Source: a virus
Taxonomy: Duplodnaviria > Caudoviricetes
Virus record (IMG/VR): IMGVR_UViG_3300014969_000019
Location: 3,145 to 67,144 of that record
Direction: 5' to 3' (one strand)
Length of the DNA stretch: 64,000 nt
This document shows positions 1 through 9,803 of the stretch, in pieces. Numbering within the stretch: position 1 is the first letter of the stretch; each line of letters begins with the position of its first letter. The position numbers were made by a program, and so were the translations under genes. The notes beneath the pieces were generated by a model that ran no database searches, was not told the origin of the DNA, and was given only the letters and a program-made list of their open reading frames with translations.

Positions 1-372
1 CGGGTCTACGAGATGCGCCTGGGCGGGAAGCTGCCCTCTGAGATCGCCGAGGAGCTGAAGCTCCCGCACGACCAGGTGCTGCGGATGATCTCCGAGCTCT
101 TCGCCCACGATGCCTCCTTCCTCACCACGCAGGAGCGGACGTTCGCACTAGGGCAGGAGGTGATGAGGTTGGACCGGCTCCAGGCAGCGCTCTGGGAACA
201 GGCCATGTTGGGCGACCCGAAGAGCGTCGACTCGGTGGTCAAGATCATCCAGACTCGGGCCAAGATCACCGGCCTGGAGCAGGCCGACCCGATCATCAAC
301 AAGCAGCTGGTCCTGGTGATGGGCGACAAGGAAGAGGACTACATCGCTGCGCTGAAGGCCACGACCGAGTAG
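1..372 (+). CDS. terS: Terminase small subunit (5' truncated by window edge)
   Basis: Frame is open from position 1. HTH-like N-terminal part followed by RLDRLQAALWEQAMLGDPKSVDSVVKIIQTRAKITGL, typical of actinophage TerS. Confidence 0.75.
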   Translation, partial: RVYEMRLGGKLPSEIAEELKLPHDQVLRMISELFAHDASFLTTQERTFALGQEVMRLDRLQAALWEQAMLGDPKSVDSVVKIIQTRAKITGLEQADPIINKQLVLVMGDKEEDYIAALKATTE

Positions 373-394
373 CCAGAACCGGGAGACTGAGGAC

Positions 395-670
395 ATGGAG
401 AGTGCGTTCGGGGTCGACCACGGCGAGGTGAGCAAGAGCATCGGCTTGCCCAAGGGTCTGCGGGCAGCCAAGGGTCGAGGCGGCCTCTCGACCAACTACG
501 CCGGTAACCGCAAGATGGCTCACTTCACGGGGCGGTTGATCGCCCGGAACAAGGCGAAGGGTGGGGGCGTCTACCCACATGCGGGGCAGAGGTACCGCGA
601 GAAGAGCCGAGAGCTCGTGGACCAGGCCACCAAGAGCGGTCCGAGAAGGAAGCGGGTACAGCTGCCGTGA
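395..670 (+). CDS. Small basic protein with SAFGVDHGEVSK N-terminal tag (tag family member 1)
   Basis: Begins MESAFGVDHGEVSKS; RBS gagg upstream; stop overlaps next start (GTGA). Confidence 0.8.
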   Translation: MESAFGVDHGEVSKSIGLPKGLRAAKGRGGLSTNYAGNRKMAHFTGRLIARNKAKGGGVYPHAGQRYREKSRELVDQATKSGPRRKRVQLP

Positions 671-1062
671 GCGCTGCGAACGTGCCGATCGAGATCGACC
701 AGGGTGAGGACTGGACTGGCACGGTCATCTACACCGATGACTTCGACCAGCCCTACAACGTCATCCCTCCCTGTCGGATGGACATCAAGAACTCTGGTGG
801 TGCGACCCAGCTCTCCCTGATCACCCCGGACGAAGAGGTGCCCGAGGGCACGATCCCCGACATCGGCCTGAGCTCGGAGATCGGGCTCCTGCAGCTGCAC
901 ATCGAGGACTCGGTGACCGCAGCTCTGCGGCCCGGGGTCTACAAGTACGACCTGTTCGTCACCGTGAACGACGGCAACGAGTACGCCGGCAACCAGGTCC
1001 AGCGACTGATCTACGGCTCGGTCACCGTCAACCAGCGGGTCACTCAGCTAGGGAGCGAGTAA
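667..1062 (+). CDS. Virion structural/minor tail protein
   Basis: IEIDQGEDW ... YKYDLFV ... RLIYGSVTV beta-sandwich pattern seen in phage tail-associated proteins; coupled to neighbours. Confidence 0.6.
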   Translation: MSAANVPIEIDQGEDWTGTVIYTDDFDQPYNVIPPCRMDIKNSGGATQLSLITPDEEVPEGTIPDIGLSSEIGLLQLHIEDSVTAALRPGVYKYDLFVTVNDGNEYAGNQVQRLIYGSVTVNQRVTQLGSE

Positions 1063-1739
1063 TGAGCAACGTCGTACGCCTGGTCTCAGGCGGAGCCGTC
1101 CAGGTCCGCACGGGCGTGATCCAGGGGATCGGGCCTCAGGGGCCGCGCGGGGTGGCTGGTCCCCAGGGCCCCGATGGCGACCAGGGCCCGATCGGTGACA
1201 CCGGCCCGCAGGGACAGATCCTGCAGCTCCAGGGGCTGAGCTCGGTGGGCACATCCAACCCGCTGTCCTCGGGCGCGGACACGGTGATCGCGTTCGGCTC
1301 GGTGCCCTACGACGACCTGAGCTGCTTCACCTCGACCTCCAACATCACGCTCTCTGCTGCCGGCGACTACCTGCTCAGCGCCTGGCTGAGGTTCGACGCG
1401 GCCACGGCCACCAAGCGCGAGGTGTGGTTCCAGACCGGTTCGACCACGATCGCCCGGAAGTCGGTGATGGCTGACACCGGAGTGTTCTACGTGGACCTGG
1501 CGATGCCGTACCGAGCTGCTGGTGGCGAGGTGGTCAACGTGCACGCGCTCGCGGGCGTGGCCACTGCTGTCGGACAGGGATCGGTCTCAGTGACTCGGGT
1601 AGGGTCTGGGCCTCCGGGGCCGGTTGGTCCGTCTGGCGTCCAGGGCCCAATCGGGGCGACGGGTGCAACCGGCCCCGCCGGACCTGCGGGTTCGTCGAGC
1701 TCCGGCTACGCCTCGTACGCGCTGCTGCTTCCCCACTAG
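1062..1739 (+). CDS. Collagen-repeat tail fibre-like protein
   Basis: Gly-X-Y runs at both ends (GPQGPRGVAGPQGPDGDQGP; GPPGPVGPSGVQGP) around a beta-rich domain. Confidence 0.75.
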   Translation: MSNVVRLVSGGAVQVRTGVIQGIGPQGPRGVAGPQGPDGDQGPIGDTGPQGQILQLQGLSSVGTSNPLSSGADTVIAFGSVPYDDLSCFTSTSNITLSAAGDYLLSAWLRFDAATATKREVWFQTGSTTIARKSVMADTGVFYVDLAMPYRAAGGEVVNVHALAGVATAVGQGSVSVTRVGSGPPGPVGPSGVQGPIGATGATGPAGPAGSSSSGYASYALLLPH

Positions 1740-1748
1740 TCTCAGCGC

Positions 1749-4748
1749 ATGGTGTATGACCAGGCACAGAGTCCACGCCTGGGTCAGCGCGTTCCGATCG
1801 AGTCGACCTATGTCCAGATGGTCGACGACGAGAACCTGCTGGAGGCCGCCTACCCGGGCATGCTGATCTTCCAGAACTCGACTCAGCAGCTGCTGATCTG
1901 GAGCGAGGAGGACCAGGCCTGGGCCTCGGTGGCGGGTGGAGTGGCCGGGCATCTGGTCTTCGTCGGCCCGGATGAGCCCACCGGTCCCAACGTCTCGCTC
2001 GGGGACACCTGGTTCGAGACCGACAACAACTACCTGGGACACGTCTGGAACGGCAGCACCTGGCAGCCCACCGGAGTCTCGGCCAGCCAGGTCACCGGTG
2101 GCACCTTCACCCAGGACATCAACCTGCAGGCCAAGCTGGTCTCCCGGATCGGTCCGAATGGCGAGCGGGTGGAGATGGACCGGGACGGGCTGCGGGTCTA
2201 CGGCCCGCTGGGTACCGATGGAGAGCTGCGCACCAACCTGGACGCGGACGGCTCCCAGGTCTTCCGTGGTGGGGCGGAGATCGACTATCTGACCACCACC
2301 GAGCGGCTGACCATGCGGGAGGCTGACAACCAGGTCTCACGGGGTGGAGCGCTCACCCTGAACGCTGGAGTGACCGCTCCTGGTACTGCGCCCAGCCCCA
2401 GCATCGGCTGGGCCTCAGCGGCGTTGACCGGGTTCAACCTGTTCGGACTGAGGACCCTGGACCTGGCCTGGGACTCCTCGCTGTCGAGGTGGCTAGTGCC
2501 GGTCTCGGGAGGCGGGGTCGCGAAGATGCTGGCCTACACCGCGGCCGGGGCCTACGACACCACCATCGGTACCGACGTGGCCTACTCCACGTCTGGTGGC
2601 GCTGTGGCCGGCGCTCGTGCGGGTGGGGTGAACTACTACCTCTGGGACGACGGCATTGATCTCATCCTGGTCGGTAACGACGGCTCGTCGATCGAGTACT
2701 TGCCGATCAGCACCAGCGCGACGTTCTCGATGGTCGCTGACGGCACCGACATCGTGATCGCCGAGCGCCTGATGAGTGGGACGGATGCCTGGGTCGAGCT
2801 GACTCGGTACACGCCTGGTTCAGCAGCCGGCCCACAGCTGGTCACCAACCCGGGCTTCGAGACCAACCTGACCGACTGGACCTCGGGTGCCGGGGTCTCC
2901 GGCATCTCCCGGATCACCGGTGCGAACAAGATCAACGGCACCGGCTCGATGCAGGTGGTGATGGGTGGGGTCGCGCTCGGGTTCGTCGCGACCACCCAGT
3001 TCGTGGTGATCCCGCGCAGGAGGTACGACTTCTCCGGGCTGATCAAGCGGATCTCGGGGCCAGGCACGGCCTCGGTCGAGCTGGAGATCCTCTGGTTCAA
3101 CGCGGTCGGTACCACCATCAGCGGCACGACCGGGGTCACTCACACCGTCTCCTCGGGTGTGACTACTTTCGCCGGCACGGCGATGGCACCTCCGACTGCG
3201 GCCAAGGCTCGGGTCGAGATCGTCTTCCCGAACAACGCCGGCACCTACGTGGTCGACGACATCTCGTTCACCGCGACAGCTGGGACGAACTACACCAGCA
3301 CCGACGACATGCAGATCTTCTCCTCACCGACCGCGCCCGCGGATGGGATCTACATCGGGAACGGGGACTTCGGGTCCAAGCACTACGTGATCTCCACTGG
3401 CACCCCGGATGGGAACGTGGCTGCGGTGGCTCCGGTCACCTCCCCGTTCGAGGACAAGGTGAACAAGAGCTTCCCGCTCCCGCAGGTGCCCAGGGGGATC
3501 GGCTACGACGGGACCAGCTTCTGGTCACTGGGGATCAACGACGTGCTGTACAAGCACGAGAGCGGGAACAACTGGACCAGCCAGCCGGCCACCTGGTACG
3601 CGGCCAGCACCTACCGGGACACGGTGAACGGCTACCACACCACGATCTCGCCCTACTCCACGTTCACCATGAAGCGCCGGGCCCGGGTGACCATCTCGGC
3701 CAGCCCGATCAACGGCACCGGCTCTGACGACCCGAACGAGATCGGCTACTACCTCGCGCGCAAGACCTCTGCTCCGACCCTGACCGACTGGCACTTCCAG
3801 GACGACACACCGGCCTCCTCGCTGCTGATCACCGCTGCCAACTTCGGATCATCCAACCCCGATGCCACCGGCAACTTCCCGAGCGCGACGAACTCCGCGG
3901 AGATGAAGAGCGCAGCCGTCGATGGCTTCGGTGAGCTGATCCAGTTCTGGGGAGATGGGCACTGGCGGCTGGGCGACATGTCCGGGGACACCACCGGTGC
4001 GATCTCTGGGGCTGGTGGTGGCGGAGTGACTACCACTGCCGCGGTGCACCACCGACGGGCCACGGGTGGCACGCCCAACTTCACCTCTGGCGCGGCTGAC
4101 TCCACCTACGGGCTCGGCACCTCTCAGAACGATGTCGGCGGGATCGCCTTCAACACCACCACTCGGGAGTTCACCGTCCCCTCGGACGGCACCTACCTGC
4201 TGGCGTGTGAGTCGGCCTGGGATCCGACCGGTACCGGCAACCAGGGACGCCGTAGATCCTCGATCGCGGTGAACGGGACCATCGTCGCCTACCGGGACTC
4301 CCAGGTCGCTCAGCCCGGCTTCGGGGTCTCCTCAGGCACCGCTACCGCTCGGTCCCTGGTGACCGGGGACAAGGTGACCTTCCTGGTCTTCCAGAACTCC
4401 GGAGTGACCGCCAACTTCAACGGTGAGGTCGCGGGTAACTGGGTCTCGGTGACCAAGGTCGACGGGATCAAGGGCGACACTGGTCCGGCGGGGAGTCTGA
4501 CCGGGCCCGCGGGCGGGGACCTGAGCGGGACCTACCCGAACCCGACTCTGACCACGCTGACCTTCACCTTCGCGGTCGGCAGCACCACCTGGTCATGCAC
4601 GCACAACCTGGGCAAGGTGGGGGTCAAGGTCTTCTGCACCGACTCCTCGGGATCCGAGCAGCGCGGCGATGTGGTGCACGTCGACGCCGATCACGTCACC
4701 ATCCACTGGGTCAGTGCCACCACGGGCATCGCCTACATCACTCCCTAG
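1749..4748 (+). CDS. Large minor tail / receptor-binding protein with carbohydrate-binding-like module
   Basis: 999 aa, Gly/Thr/Ser-rich. LVTNPGFETNLTDW resembles the start of a CBM-like domain; short collagen stretch near the C-terminus. Confidence 0.65.
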   Translation: MVYDQAQSPRLGQRVPIESTYVQMVDDENLLEAAYPGMLIFQNSTQQLLIWSEEDQAWASVAGGVAGHLVFVGPDEPTGPNVSLGDTWFETDNNYLGHVWNGSTWQPTGVSASQVTGGTFTQDINLQAKLVSRIGPNGERVEMDRDGLRVYGPLGTDGELRTNLDADGSQVFRGGAEIDYLTTTERLTMREADNQVSRGGALTLNAGVTAPGTAPSPSIGWASAALTGFNLFGLRTLDLAWDSSLSRWLVPVSGGGVAKMLAYTAAGAYDTTIGTDVAYSTSGGAVAGARAGGVNYYLWDDGIDLILVGNDGSSIEYLPISTSATFSMVADGTDIVIAERLMSGTDAWVELTRYTPGSAAGPQLVTNPGFETNLTDWTSGAGVSGISRITGANKINGTGSMQVVMGGVALGFVATTQFVVIPRRRYDFSGLIKRISGPGTASVELEILWFNAVGTTISGTTGVTHTVSSGVTTFAGTAMAPPTAAKARVEIVFPNNAGTYVVDDISFTATAGTNYTSTDDMQIFSSPTAPADGIYIGNGDFGSKHYVISTGTPDGNVAAVAPVTSPFEDKVNKSFPLPQVPRGIGYDGTSFWSLGINDVLYKHESGNNWTSQPATWYAASTYRDTVNGYHTTISPYSTFTMKRRARVTISASPINGTGSDDPNEIGYYLARKTSAPTLTDWHFQDDTPASSLLITAANFGSSNPDATGNFPSATNSAEMKSAAVDGFGELIQFWGDGHWRLGDMSGDTTGAISGAGGGGVTTTAAVHHRRATGGTPNFTSGAADSTYGLGTSQNDVGGIAFNTTTREFTVPSDGTYLLACESAWDPTGTGNQGRRRSSIAVNGTIVAYRDSQVAQPGFGVSSGTATARSLVTGDKVTFLVFQNSGVTANFNGEVAGNWVSVTKVDGIKGDTGPAGSLTGPAGGDLSGTYPNPTLTTLTFTFAVGSTTWSCTHNLGKVGVKVFCTDSSGSEQRGDVVHVDADHVTIHWVSATTGIAYITP

Positions 4749-4757
4749 GAGAGCACC

Positions 4758-6080
4758 ATGCCACTGGTCATCGGCACCCAGATCGACACCCTGCGCATCC
4801 CGATGAAGGGACTGATCCCGGAGCAGAGCGCCACCGCTCTCGGTACCCCGGTCGAGGGGCTGATGTGGCACGACACGGTGAACAAGGTCGTCAAGATCTA
4901 CCTGAACGGCACCTGGATGACCCTGGGAGCCGCAGGCCAGGCTGTGGCGGACGGGGACAAGGGCGAGATCACGGTCGCCAGCGGAGGTTCCTCGTGGACC
5001 ATCGACGCCGGCGTGATCACGATGGCCAAGCTGGCCGCCGACACCAAGGACCAGCCAGCCGCCACCAGCTCCCTGCGCAAGCTGGGCCTGGCGTCCGGTC
5101 AGGCGATGCCGGGTACCTCCAGCCTGTCGGACATCGCCAGTGTCAACGCCTCGGTCGGGTCGGTCGGACTGAACGGCCAGAAGGCGACCAACCTGGGCGA
5201 CCCGACCGCGGCTCAGGACGCGGCCACCAAGGCGTACGTGGACTCGGTGGCTCAGGGCCTGGACGCCAAGGCGAGCTGCATCGTCGCCACCACCGGCTCG
5301 AACATCACCCTGGCCGGAGGTGCGCCCTCGACCGTGGATGGTGTCACGGTGGGGTCCTCCTACGGTGTGGGTGCGCGGATCCTGGTCAAGGACCAGACCA
5401 CGCAGACCGAGAACGGCATCTACGTCATCCAGACCGTGGGCACCGGGGCCAACGGCACCTGGGTGCGGGCCACCGACATGGATGTCGCTGCCGAGTTCGA
5501 GAACGCCTACACCTGGATCCAGTCCGGCACGGTCAACGCCGACACCGGATGGGTCTGTACCACTTCGTTCGGCACCTACGGTGTCACTCCGATCACCTGG
5601 ACCCAGTTCTCCGGGGCCGGGGCGATCAACGCCGGCTCGGGCATGACCAAGACCAGCAACACCCTGGACGTGATTGGGACCGCGTCGAGGATCCTGGCCA
5701 ACGCCGACTCGATCGACATCGACCCTGGCTACGTCGGTCAGGCGTCGATCACCACGGTGGGCACGATCGGCACCGGGTCTTGGAACGGCACCGCGATCCC
5801 GATGAACAAGGGCGGCACCGGAGGCACGGACGCGGCTACCGCACGCGCGTCGCTCGCCGCGGTGGGGAAGTACAGCGCCACCCTGGGTGCGCTCGGCGCG
5901 GGTGTGGAGACCTTGATCACCCATGGCCTGGGCAGCACCGAGGTGATCGCCCAGTTCCGGGACGCCACCACCAACTACGAGATCATGTTCGGCTGGCGGG
6001 TGGTGAGCACCACCCAGATCGGGGTCACCGCTGACGTCGCCTACGGCGCGAACGCGGTCAAGGTTGTCGTGGTCGGCTGA
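4758..6080 (+). CDS. Tail fibre-like virion protein
   Basis: DAATKAYVD and RILVKDQTTQTENGIYV motifs common in phage fibre proteins; RBS ggag. Confidence 0.65.
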   Translation: MPLVIGTQIDTLRIPMKGLIPEQSATALGTPVEGLMWHDTVNKVVKIYLNGTWMTLGAAGQAVADGDKGEITVASGGSSWTIDAGVITMAKLAADTKDQPAATSSLRKLGLASGQAMPGTSSLSDIASVNASVGSVGLNGQKATNLGDPTAAQDAATKAYVDSVAQGLDAKASCIVATTGSNITLAGGAPSTVDGVTVGSSYGVGARILVKDQTTQTENGIYVIQTVGTGANGTWVRATDMDVAAEFENAYTWIQSGTVNADTGWVCTTSFGTYGVTPITWTQFSGAGAINAGSGMTKTSNTLDVIGTASRILANADSIDIDPGYVGQASITTVGTIGTGSWNGTAIPMNKGGTGGTDAATARASLAAVGKYSATLGALGAGVETLITHGLGSTEVIAQFRDATTNYEIMFGWRVVSTTQIGVTADVAYGANAVKVVVVG

Positions 6081-6733
6081 TGCCCTCCAAGCTGGGCTCG
6101 ATCCTGGACATGGCCAACATGGTCATCAAGAACCTCGGCGCGCCCGTAGCTGCTACCGACGCCTCCACCAAGAAGTACGTGGACGACCAGGTAGCGCTCG
6201 CGTCCGGGGGCGCAGTGGTGCCGCCTGGAGTGATTCAGATGTACGGCGGGTCCACAGCCCCGACAGGGTGGGTGCTGTGCCAGGGGCAGTCCGTCCCTCG
6301 GACCGGAGGCACCTACGACGCGCTGTTCGCGGTGATCGGCACGAACTTCGGGATGGGCGCGAACTCCCCAACCAACGGCACCTTCAACCTGCCGGACATG
6401 CGCACGCGCGTACCGATCGGAGTGGGGGCCTGGGGCTCGTTGGGTACCACCGAGCTCGGAGCTCAGGCTGCGGTGGTCAACGCGGGTGGCGCGGAGGACA
6501 GTGGCCGAGTAGAGCGCTGGAGCCACATCCACGACCACACCTTCGGCACCCTGACCAACGCCTCCACCGACCTGAACCTGGCCACGAACACCACCACCGG
6601 CGGCACCGCGTCCCGCATCATGCAGCAGAACCACACCCACACCATCTCCGGTCGGACGCAGAGCACCACGGCTCTGGCCAACCCCGGCTCGGTGCATGCG
6701 ACCACGGCCATGAACTTCATCATCAAGCTCTAG
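6080..6733 (+). CDS. Tail collar domain protein
   Basis: VPPGVIQMYGGSTAPTGWVLCQGQ...YDALFAVIGTNFG...TFNLPDMRTRVPIG matches the phage tail collar signature. Confidence 0.9.
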   Translation: MPSKLGSILDMANMVIKNLGAPVAATDASTKKYVDDQVALASGGAVVPPGVIQMYGGSTAPTGWVLCQGQSVPRTGGTYDALFAVIGTNFGMGANSPTNGTFNLPDMRTRVPIGVGAWGSLGTTELGAQAAVVNAGGAEDSGRVERWSHIHDHTFGTLTNASTDLNLATNTTTGGTASRIMQQNHTHTISGRTQSTTALANPGSVHATTAMNFIIKL

Positions 6734-6775
6734 CGCGTGGCCGTTGATGAGACCATCTGAGTAGAGGAGGCAGAC

Positions 6776-7102
6776 ATGCCAGGAACGACTCCCGCCCAAG
6801 CCTTTCGGGTTCCGGTCGGCACCGATGACCCGGACGTAGTTGACGACATCACCCAGCTCGCCAAGCAGATCGAGAAGCGGGTGATGGGGGTCTACGCCAC
6901 CACGGCCGCGCGCGACGCTGCGACCACGGCAGCAGGTGTTCAGGAGGGGATGTTCGCCTTCACTCAGGACACCGACTCGGTCTGGTACTACTCGGGCTCG
7001 GCCTGGGTGAAGTTCCCACCCGCTCAGCCGGCGATCACCTCGGGGACCTCGGTGCCCTCGAACAGCTCCGGTGCTGACGGCGACGTCTTCTTCAAGGTCT
7101 AG
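6776..7102 (+). CDS. Minor tail protein
   Basis: YATTAARDAA...EGMFAF...YYSGSAW pattern typical of actinophage minor tail proteins; strong RBS gaggagg. Confidence 0.65.
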   Translation: MPGTTPAQAFRVPVGTDDPDVVDDITQLAKQIEKRVMGVYATTAARDAATTAAGVQEGMFAFTQDTDSVWYYSGSAWVKFPPAQPAITSGTSVPSNSSGADGDVFFKV

Positions 7103-7104
7103 CA

Positions 7105-8214
7105 GTGGCTCTCTACCAGAAGGTCAACGGCGTCTGGACCCTCTGTCAGCGACCCTACGTGCAGAGGGGCGAGGTCTGGACTGCGGTGATGGAGGCCCAC
7201 GTCAAGCGCTCCGGAGCCTGGGTCCAGGCCTACGAGTACGACGTCACTCCGCCCAGCCCGCCGATCATCGGGCTGTCCATCAACGAGGACTTCGACACGA
7301 TCAACGGCGTGAAGACCCTGAAGTCGCGCTGGATCAGAGTCTCGGTGCGGCTCCCTGGGACAGGCAACGACCCGGATGCTCGGCTCACTCGGGTGCTCAC
7401 CGACTACGCCGGCGCGGCTCCCACCACCCAGTTCGGTGGCACCTACACCTCGGCCTCGGACTCCAGCTACCCGAACGAGCCGTGGAGCGAGTGGCGCTAC
7501 AACGACTACGGCGGGCACAACGACACCTCGGTGGAGATCACCAAGCAGTGGCCGCGTAACGCCTCGGCCGGCACCATCATCAAGGGCGACCAGACCTACC
7601 ACTTCAAGGGCTGGGCCCTGGACAACTCGGGGAACTGGAGCGCTGCCACCGGCGCTCAGATCAGTGTCCCCAAGAACTCCGTGAACGTGCCGAACGTGGT
7701 CACCAAGGAGGCGAGGATCCAGCCGAACACCACCGGGAGCTGGATCACTGCTGGGTACCAGAGTGGGAACCTGGTCCAGGCCAAGTCCCCGCGTTCGGTG
7801 GGACTGTGGCTGTTCGGCAACCAGATCACCGACGCGATCGGCCAGCAGGGTGAGGTCACGATCAAGAGCGCCCAGATCTTCATCAAGCGGCTCGACGACA
7901 CCGGGGTGGCCAACGCCAACGTCTACATCTTCTGGACCGGGATCGCCACGGTGGGTGGGCTGCCGGCTCCGGGCGGGTCGCTGGGGAAGACGAACATCAC
8001 CAAGCTCGGGACGATCGCCAAGGGTCAGGGGAAGTGGTTCGACCTGCCGACCAGCTTCAACGGGGACCTGAACAAGAACGTCAAGGGGATGGGTCTGGAC
8101 TGGAAGGACCCGGTCAAGGCCGATGCCTTCCCCGAGGACTACTCCGAGATGGCCTCCCTGGGTACGAGTCTCCAGAGCGGGGAACTGCACCTGGTGTGGG
8201 AGGAAGCCCTGTAG
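7105..8214 (+). CDS. Minor tail protein
   Basis: 369-aa beta-rich ORF, GTG start 2 nt after the upstream stop, within the tail cassette. Confidence 0.6.
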   Translation: MALYQKVNGVWTLCQRPYVQRGEVWTAVMEAHVKRSGAWVQAYEYDVTPPSPPIIGLSINEDFDTINGVKTLKSRWIRVSVRLPGTGNDPDARLTRVLTDYAGAAPTTQFGGTYTSASDSSYPNEPWSEWRYNDYGGHNDTSVEITKQWPRNASAGTIIKGDQTYHFKGWALDNSGNWSAATGAQISVPKNSVNVPNVVTKEARIQPNTTGSWITAGYQSGNLVQAKSPRSVGLWLFGNQITDAIGQQGEVTIKSAQIFIKRLDDTGVANANVYIFWTGIATVGGLPAPGGSLGKTNITKLGTIAKGQGKWFDLPTSFNGDLNKNVKGMGLDWKDPVKADAFPEDYSEMASLGTSLQSGELHLVWEEAL

Positions 8215-8243
8215 TGACTAGCCCAACGAGTGAGGATGAAGAC

Positions 8244-8504
8244 ATGGCAACCAAGAGCAAGTCGGAAGAGACCGAGCCCGAGCAGTTCGCCAACCCCGGG
8301 GGTGACGACGACGCTCCTGGCATCCCGGGTCAGATCCAGTACCCGGATGTCCATGTCGACGCCGAGCGCGCAGCCGCGTTCGCCGGTGGCAAGGTGGACA
8401 ACCTCGACCCGGACGACGAGGACGGCGAGCACGACGGCTGGCAGAACCCAGCCGACCGCTCCAGCGAGGAGCAGACCGACGAGGACAAGGACTCGGATGA
8501 GTGA
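8244..8504 (+). CDS. Small highly acidic hypothetical protein
   Basis: MATKSKSEETEPEQ...; purine-rich RBS; D/E-rich; start may instead be GTG 8214. Confidence 0.6.
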   Translation: MATKSKSEETEPEQFANPGGDDDAPGIPGQIQYPDVHVDAERAAAFAGGKVDNLDPDDEDGEHDGWQNPADRSSEEQTDEDKDSDE

Positions 8505-8670
8505 GTCACCAGGGGACACTACGGAGGTCGTCGAGACCGACGAGGAAGTCCCCGAGCTCCTCGACGAGCCAGACAATGAGCCTGTCGAGGGTACGGAGTT
8601 TCAGGTGGTGGAAGTCCAGGACCGCGAGTGGACCGAACGACCTGAGGTCGACAAGCACCCGGAGGACTGA
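8497..8670 (+). CDS. Small highly acidic hypothetical protein
   Basis: MSESPGDTTEVVETDEE...; overlaps upstream gene; TGATG coupling to the lysin. Confidence 0.55.
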   Translation: MSESPGDTTEVVETDEEVPELLDEPDNEPVEGTEFQVVEVQDREWTERPEVDKHPED

Positions 8671-9218
8671 TGGCCTTCACCGCAGCAGTCGCCGCGCGTA
8701 ACGCGGAGAACGATCGGACCAACGACCCCGGCTACTGTCAGCAGCAGACCCGGATCTGGGCCGGGATCTCTGCTCGGTACCCGGATGCGATCACCGCCTG
8801 GCGGAACACCAACGACCGCCATCCGGGGAACCGGGACGCTCCACGCGGGTCGTTCGTGTTCTGGACCGGGGGATCCTCAGGTCACGGGCATGTCGCTCTG
8901 AGCCTGGGTGGTGGCAACATCCGCTCCACCGACGCGGGTGGGCGCGGGCGCGTGGCCACGGTCGACCTGGGCTGGATCGAGCGGAACTGGCACATGCCGT
9001 ACGCCGGCTGGGCCTGGGACAACAACGAGCAGACCGTCGTGCACAAGACCGCCTCGATCGTGAAGCAGGTGGCGACGAAGGACGAGCCGCGGACGAACAT
9101 CCTGAACGCGATCGAGGACATCAACAAGGCGATCAAGGCCAACAAGGGCAACAAGAAGTTGGTCGAGGAGCTGGAGAAGCACAAGACCGGACTGAAGAAG
9201 CTCGCCAAGAAGAAGTGA
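8670..9218 (+). CDS. Endolysin, NlpC/P60-CHAP-like cysteine peptidase
   Basis: PGYCQQ (catalytic Cys) ... APRGSFVFWTGGSSGHGHVALSLG (catalytic His) ... YAGWA; followed by a holin-like gene. Confidence 0.85.
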   Translation: MAFTAAVAARNAENDRTNDPGYCQQQTRIWAGISARYPDAITAWRNTNDRHPGNRDAPRGSFVFWTGGSSGHGHVALSLGGGNIRSTDAGGRGRVATVDLGWIERNWHMPYAGWAWDNNEQTVVHKTASIVKQVATKDEPRTNILNAIEDINKAIKANKGNKKLVEELEKHKTGLKKLAKKK

Positions 9219-9228
9219 GGTATGAGCC

Positions 9229-9468
9229 ATGGAGAACTGGCAGCACTACTGGAAGGGCATCCTGGGCTTCCTCGTGCCGGGCGCAGTGATCATCGGCTCC
9301 TCGGTGACCGGTGACTCCGATGGCGGCTCTACCATCACCACGGCTGAGTGGGTGACTGCTGTGGTGGCGATGATCGTGACCGGCGGTCTGGTCGTGGCCA
9401 AGGCCAACGCGCCCCTGAATCAGACTCCCACCGCACCACCAGCCCCCACGGCAGACCCTACGGTGTAG
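9229..9468 (+). CDS. Holin
   Basis: 79 aa with two hydrophobic segments; WKGILGFL...DGGSTITTAEWVTAVVA; directly after the lysin. Confidence 0.8.
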   Translation: MENWQHYWKGILGFLVPGAVIIGSSVTGDSDGGSTITTAEWVTAVVAMIVTGGLVVAKANAPLNQTPTAPPAPTADPTV

Positions 9469-9476
9469 TGGATAGG

Positions 9477-9803
9477 ATGGGATCCGTGCCGAGAACAGTC
9501 ACTGTCACAGGATCCTTCCAACACAAGAACGGGGAACCGGTCCAGGGCGTGGTCCAGTTCCTACCCACCAGGCTCTGGGTGATCCAGGAGGACATCGCCT
9601 GGGCCTGCCTGGCACCGGGACGCCGGCTGCTCGCTGACGGGAGCTTCTCGGTCCAGCTCACGCCGACCGACACCGACATGATCTGGTGGCGTTACCGTGT
9701 GCTCACCCCGGCGGGGTCCTTCGAGGTCTCGGTGCCTTGGGTGAAGACCGGGTACACGCTGAGGGAGCTGGTCGATGAGCATCATCCTGAACCGAGGACC
9801 TAG
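9477..9803 (+). CDS. Ig/prealbumin-like beta-sandwich hypothetical protein
   Basis: VTVTGSF...GEPVQGVVQFLP...DGSFSVQL..TD motif seen in actinophage structural-region proteins. Confidence 0.55.
   Translation: MGSVPRTVTVTGSFQHKNGEPVQGVVQFLPTRLWVIQEDIAWACLAPGRRLLADGSFSVQLTPTDTDMIWWRYRVLTPAGSFEVSVPWVKTGYTLRELVDEHHPEPRT

Noticed and set aside
1062-1739. Collagen-like Gly-X-Y repeats as a novelty
   Set aside because: Common in phage fibre proteins.
4595-6034. 479-aa plus-strand ORF in an alternative frame overlapping the fibre gene
   Set aside because: Arg/His/Gly-rich off-frame product of GC3 bias; the 4758 frame has the RBS and recognisable motifs.
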